Assembly: GCF_001194135.2 (NCBI RefSeq)
Contig: NC_068984.1
Coordinates: 91,302,013-91,335,210 of the forward strand
Direction of reading: 5' to 3'
DNA length: 33,198 nt
Source: Octopus bimaculoides
Taxonomy: Eukaryota
The notes under the pieces: model-generated
Seen by the model: the letters and a program-made list of their open reading frames with translations, nothing else
Database searches by the model: none
Told to the model about the DNA's origin: nothing
Translations under genes and position numbers: made by a program
Shown here: positions 31,839 through 33,198 of the stretch, one piece after another
Layout: every line of letters starts with the position of its first letter
Position numbering within the stretch: position 1 is the first letter of the stretch

Positions 31839-32639
31839 TTCAGTACAAAATGAAATTGGAAATTTCATATTGTAACTTGTGCAAATATTAAATACAATTG
31901 ATTTATAGCTATTTCAAACATAATTGAAGAAATGATTGTAGTATCTTTAAAAGTGGATGGACCGGTGAAGGAATTAAAATATAGTAACTCCTTTTTCTAA
32001 CTTCAAATCCTACTAGTATCGACAGTGTTTTTTCATCAGTAAAGTAAGTATAAATAAAATACTCCTTTACAAAAATCATTGTTATCTGAAAATCAGAAAT
32101 ATGTCATCAGTAAAGCAAGTCTGTATTGTCGTATCAATTCCCTTTTCAGACTATTTTGCTCACATCGCATATGCAACTCTTATATCCTTCTACAATAAAT
32201 TTGAGGCCTATCATTACTGGTAGTTATAATGGTGGTAAATACAATGCAATAGAGAATAGAGTTGAAAAAAATTGATGCACTGGACTAAATTCCTAAGACT
32301 ACTGAGTTTTATACCTCTACTTTATGAATTCACATCTCAGAGTCAAATAGTTTAAGTACCATAATTGCCTTTTGTTATTTAGTTACATTCATACTATTTT
32401 GGCTCTAGTAACTTAATGAAGTGAAATATCTAAATACTGTTAATTTAAGTATATACCACCAGCACCAGCTGGAAGGTAATCACCTACTATCTCAGTGCCA
32501 AAAAAGAACTGCCAAGAGAACAAAAGATAACCTTCAAGATTCATACAACCTACAAGCTCTCTTGCTTTCCAATTGCAGTCTTCCCATTTCCCCTTTTCTG
32601 GTCCCTTCCACTTTCCCACCATTAACGAGTGTGAAAAGT

Positions 32640-33060
32640 CTGGTCACATCAGTCATAGAAAAGAAGTCTTGTTATGGTTTTCCTGTTAATGCTTTCAAGG
32701 AAAGTGCTTCTGAGTCGGTTCCTATCCTTTCTTTACCAAACACTCAAACTTTTCTTTCTTGATGAGTACTATATCAATCTGTTGAAACGTGATTATATTC
32801 CATCCCCAAGAACTACTGGTCTGTTGCCCTCACTTCTAACATATCAAATATGATAGAAATAGTACTAAATAATCACTTCTATCTTCTTGCGTTACTTTAA
32901 TCTCTCACTAAGGACACTATGTTACACACTAACAAGGATGCTTCTATGCAATTGCTCAACCTGACAGAAAAAGCTGTCAAATCTCCCTCAAACTACACTC
33001 ACTATTTGAAAAAGGACTCATTGATTAATGTATTGCAGAGAACAGTACTGCTGAATAAAT
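32640..33060 (+). mobile_element. Heavily decayed CR1/L2-type LINE RT fragment
   Basis: KKSCYGFPVNAFKESASESVPILS (compare K..GPDGIP..VLKECASELAPILS) and NYWSVALTSNISNMIEIVLNNH (compare NYRPIALTS.ISK.ME). Confidence 0.55.
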
Positions 33061-33198
33061 TAATTGGTAGTCATGATTTGACAGTTTTAATCATATGTCT
33101 GTTTGATCAGTGCTGACCTTGGGCTAAACATCAACCAATTGTATCTCTTGGCTGTATAAATGTTAGAGGAAGCAATGGTGTAACTCTTGATATCAGTA

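Noticed and set aside
32034-32115. Two TCATCAGTAAAG repeats ~70 bp apart
   Set aside because: No matching GAAAC or stem III; could also be chance in AT-rich sequence.

Overview
Repeat-dominated, AT-rich eukaryotic window with many N gaps at microsatellites. I recognise no host protein-coding exon. The repeat complement resembles coleoid cephalopod (octopus-like) DNA; this is inference from memory, not a database result. It contains decayed RTE LINEs (two lineages plus orphan 3' tails), a CR1/L2-type fragment, two tRNA-type SINE families, one full-length and one deleted mariner, a Tc1 element, hAT MITEs, a Helitron with intact termini and a helicase C-terminal remnant, and a Penelope-like (PLE) coding remnant. 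The main unexpected signal is ten hammerhead-ribozyme-like motifs from about seven unrelated sequence families, between positions 2959 and 21609 (one, at ~16425, is barely recognisable). They share a minimal type-I layout: a 4-6 bp stem I, CUGANGA, a mostly long (16-93 nt) stem II, GAAA, a near-palindromic stem III and an NUH site. Two families occur as outward-facing inverted pairs and one as a ~320 nt tandem. This matches PLE pseudo-LTRs or retrozymes. Three motifs keep all conserved core bases; none has been tested for cleavage.
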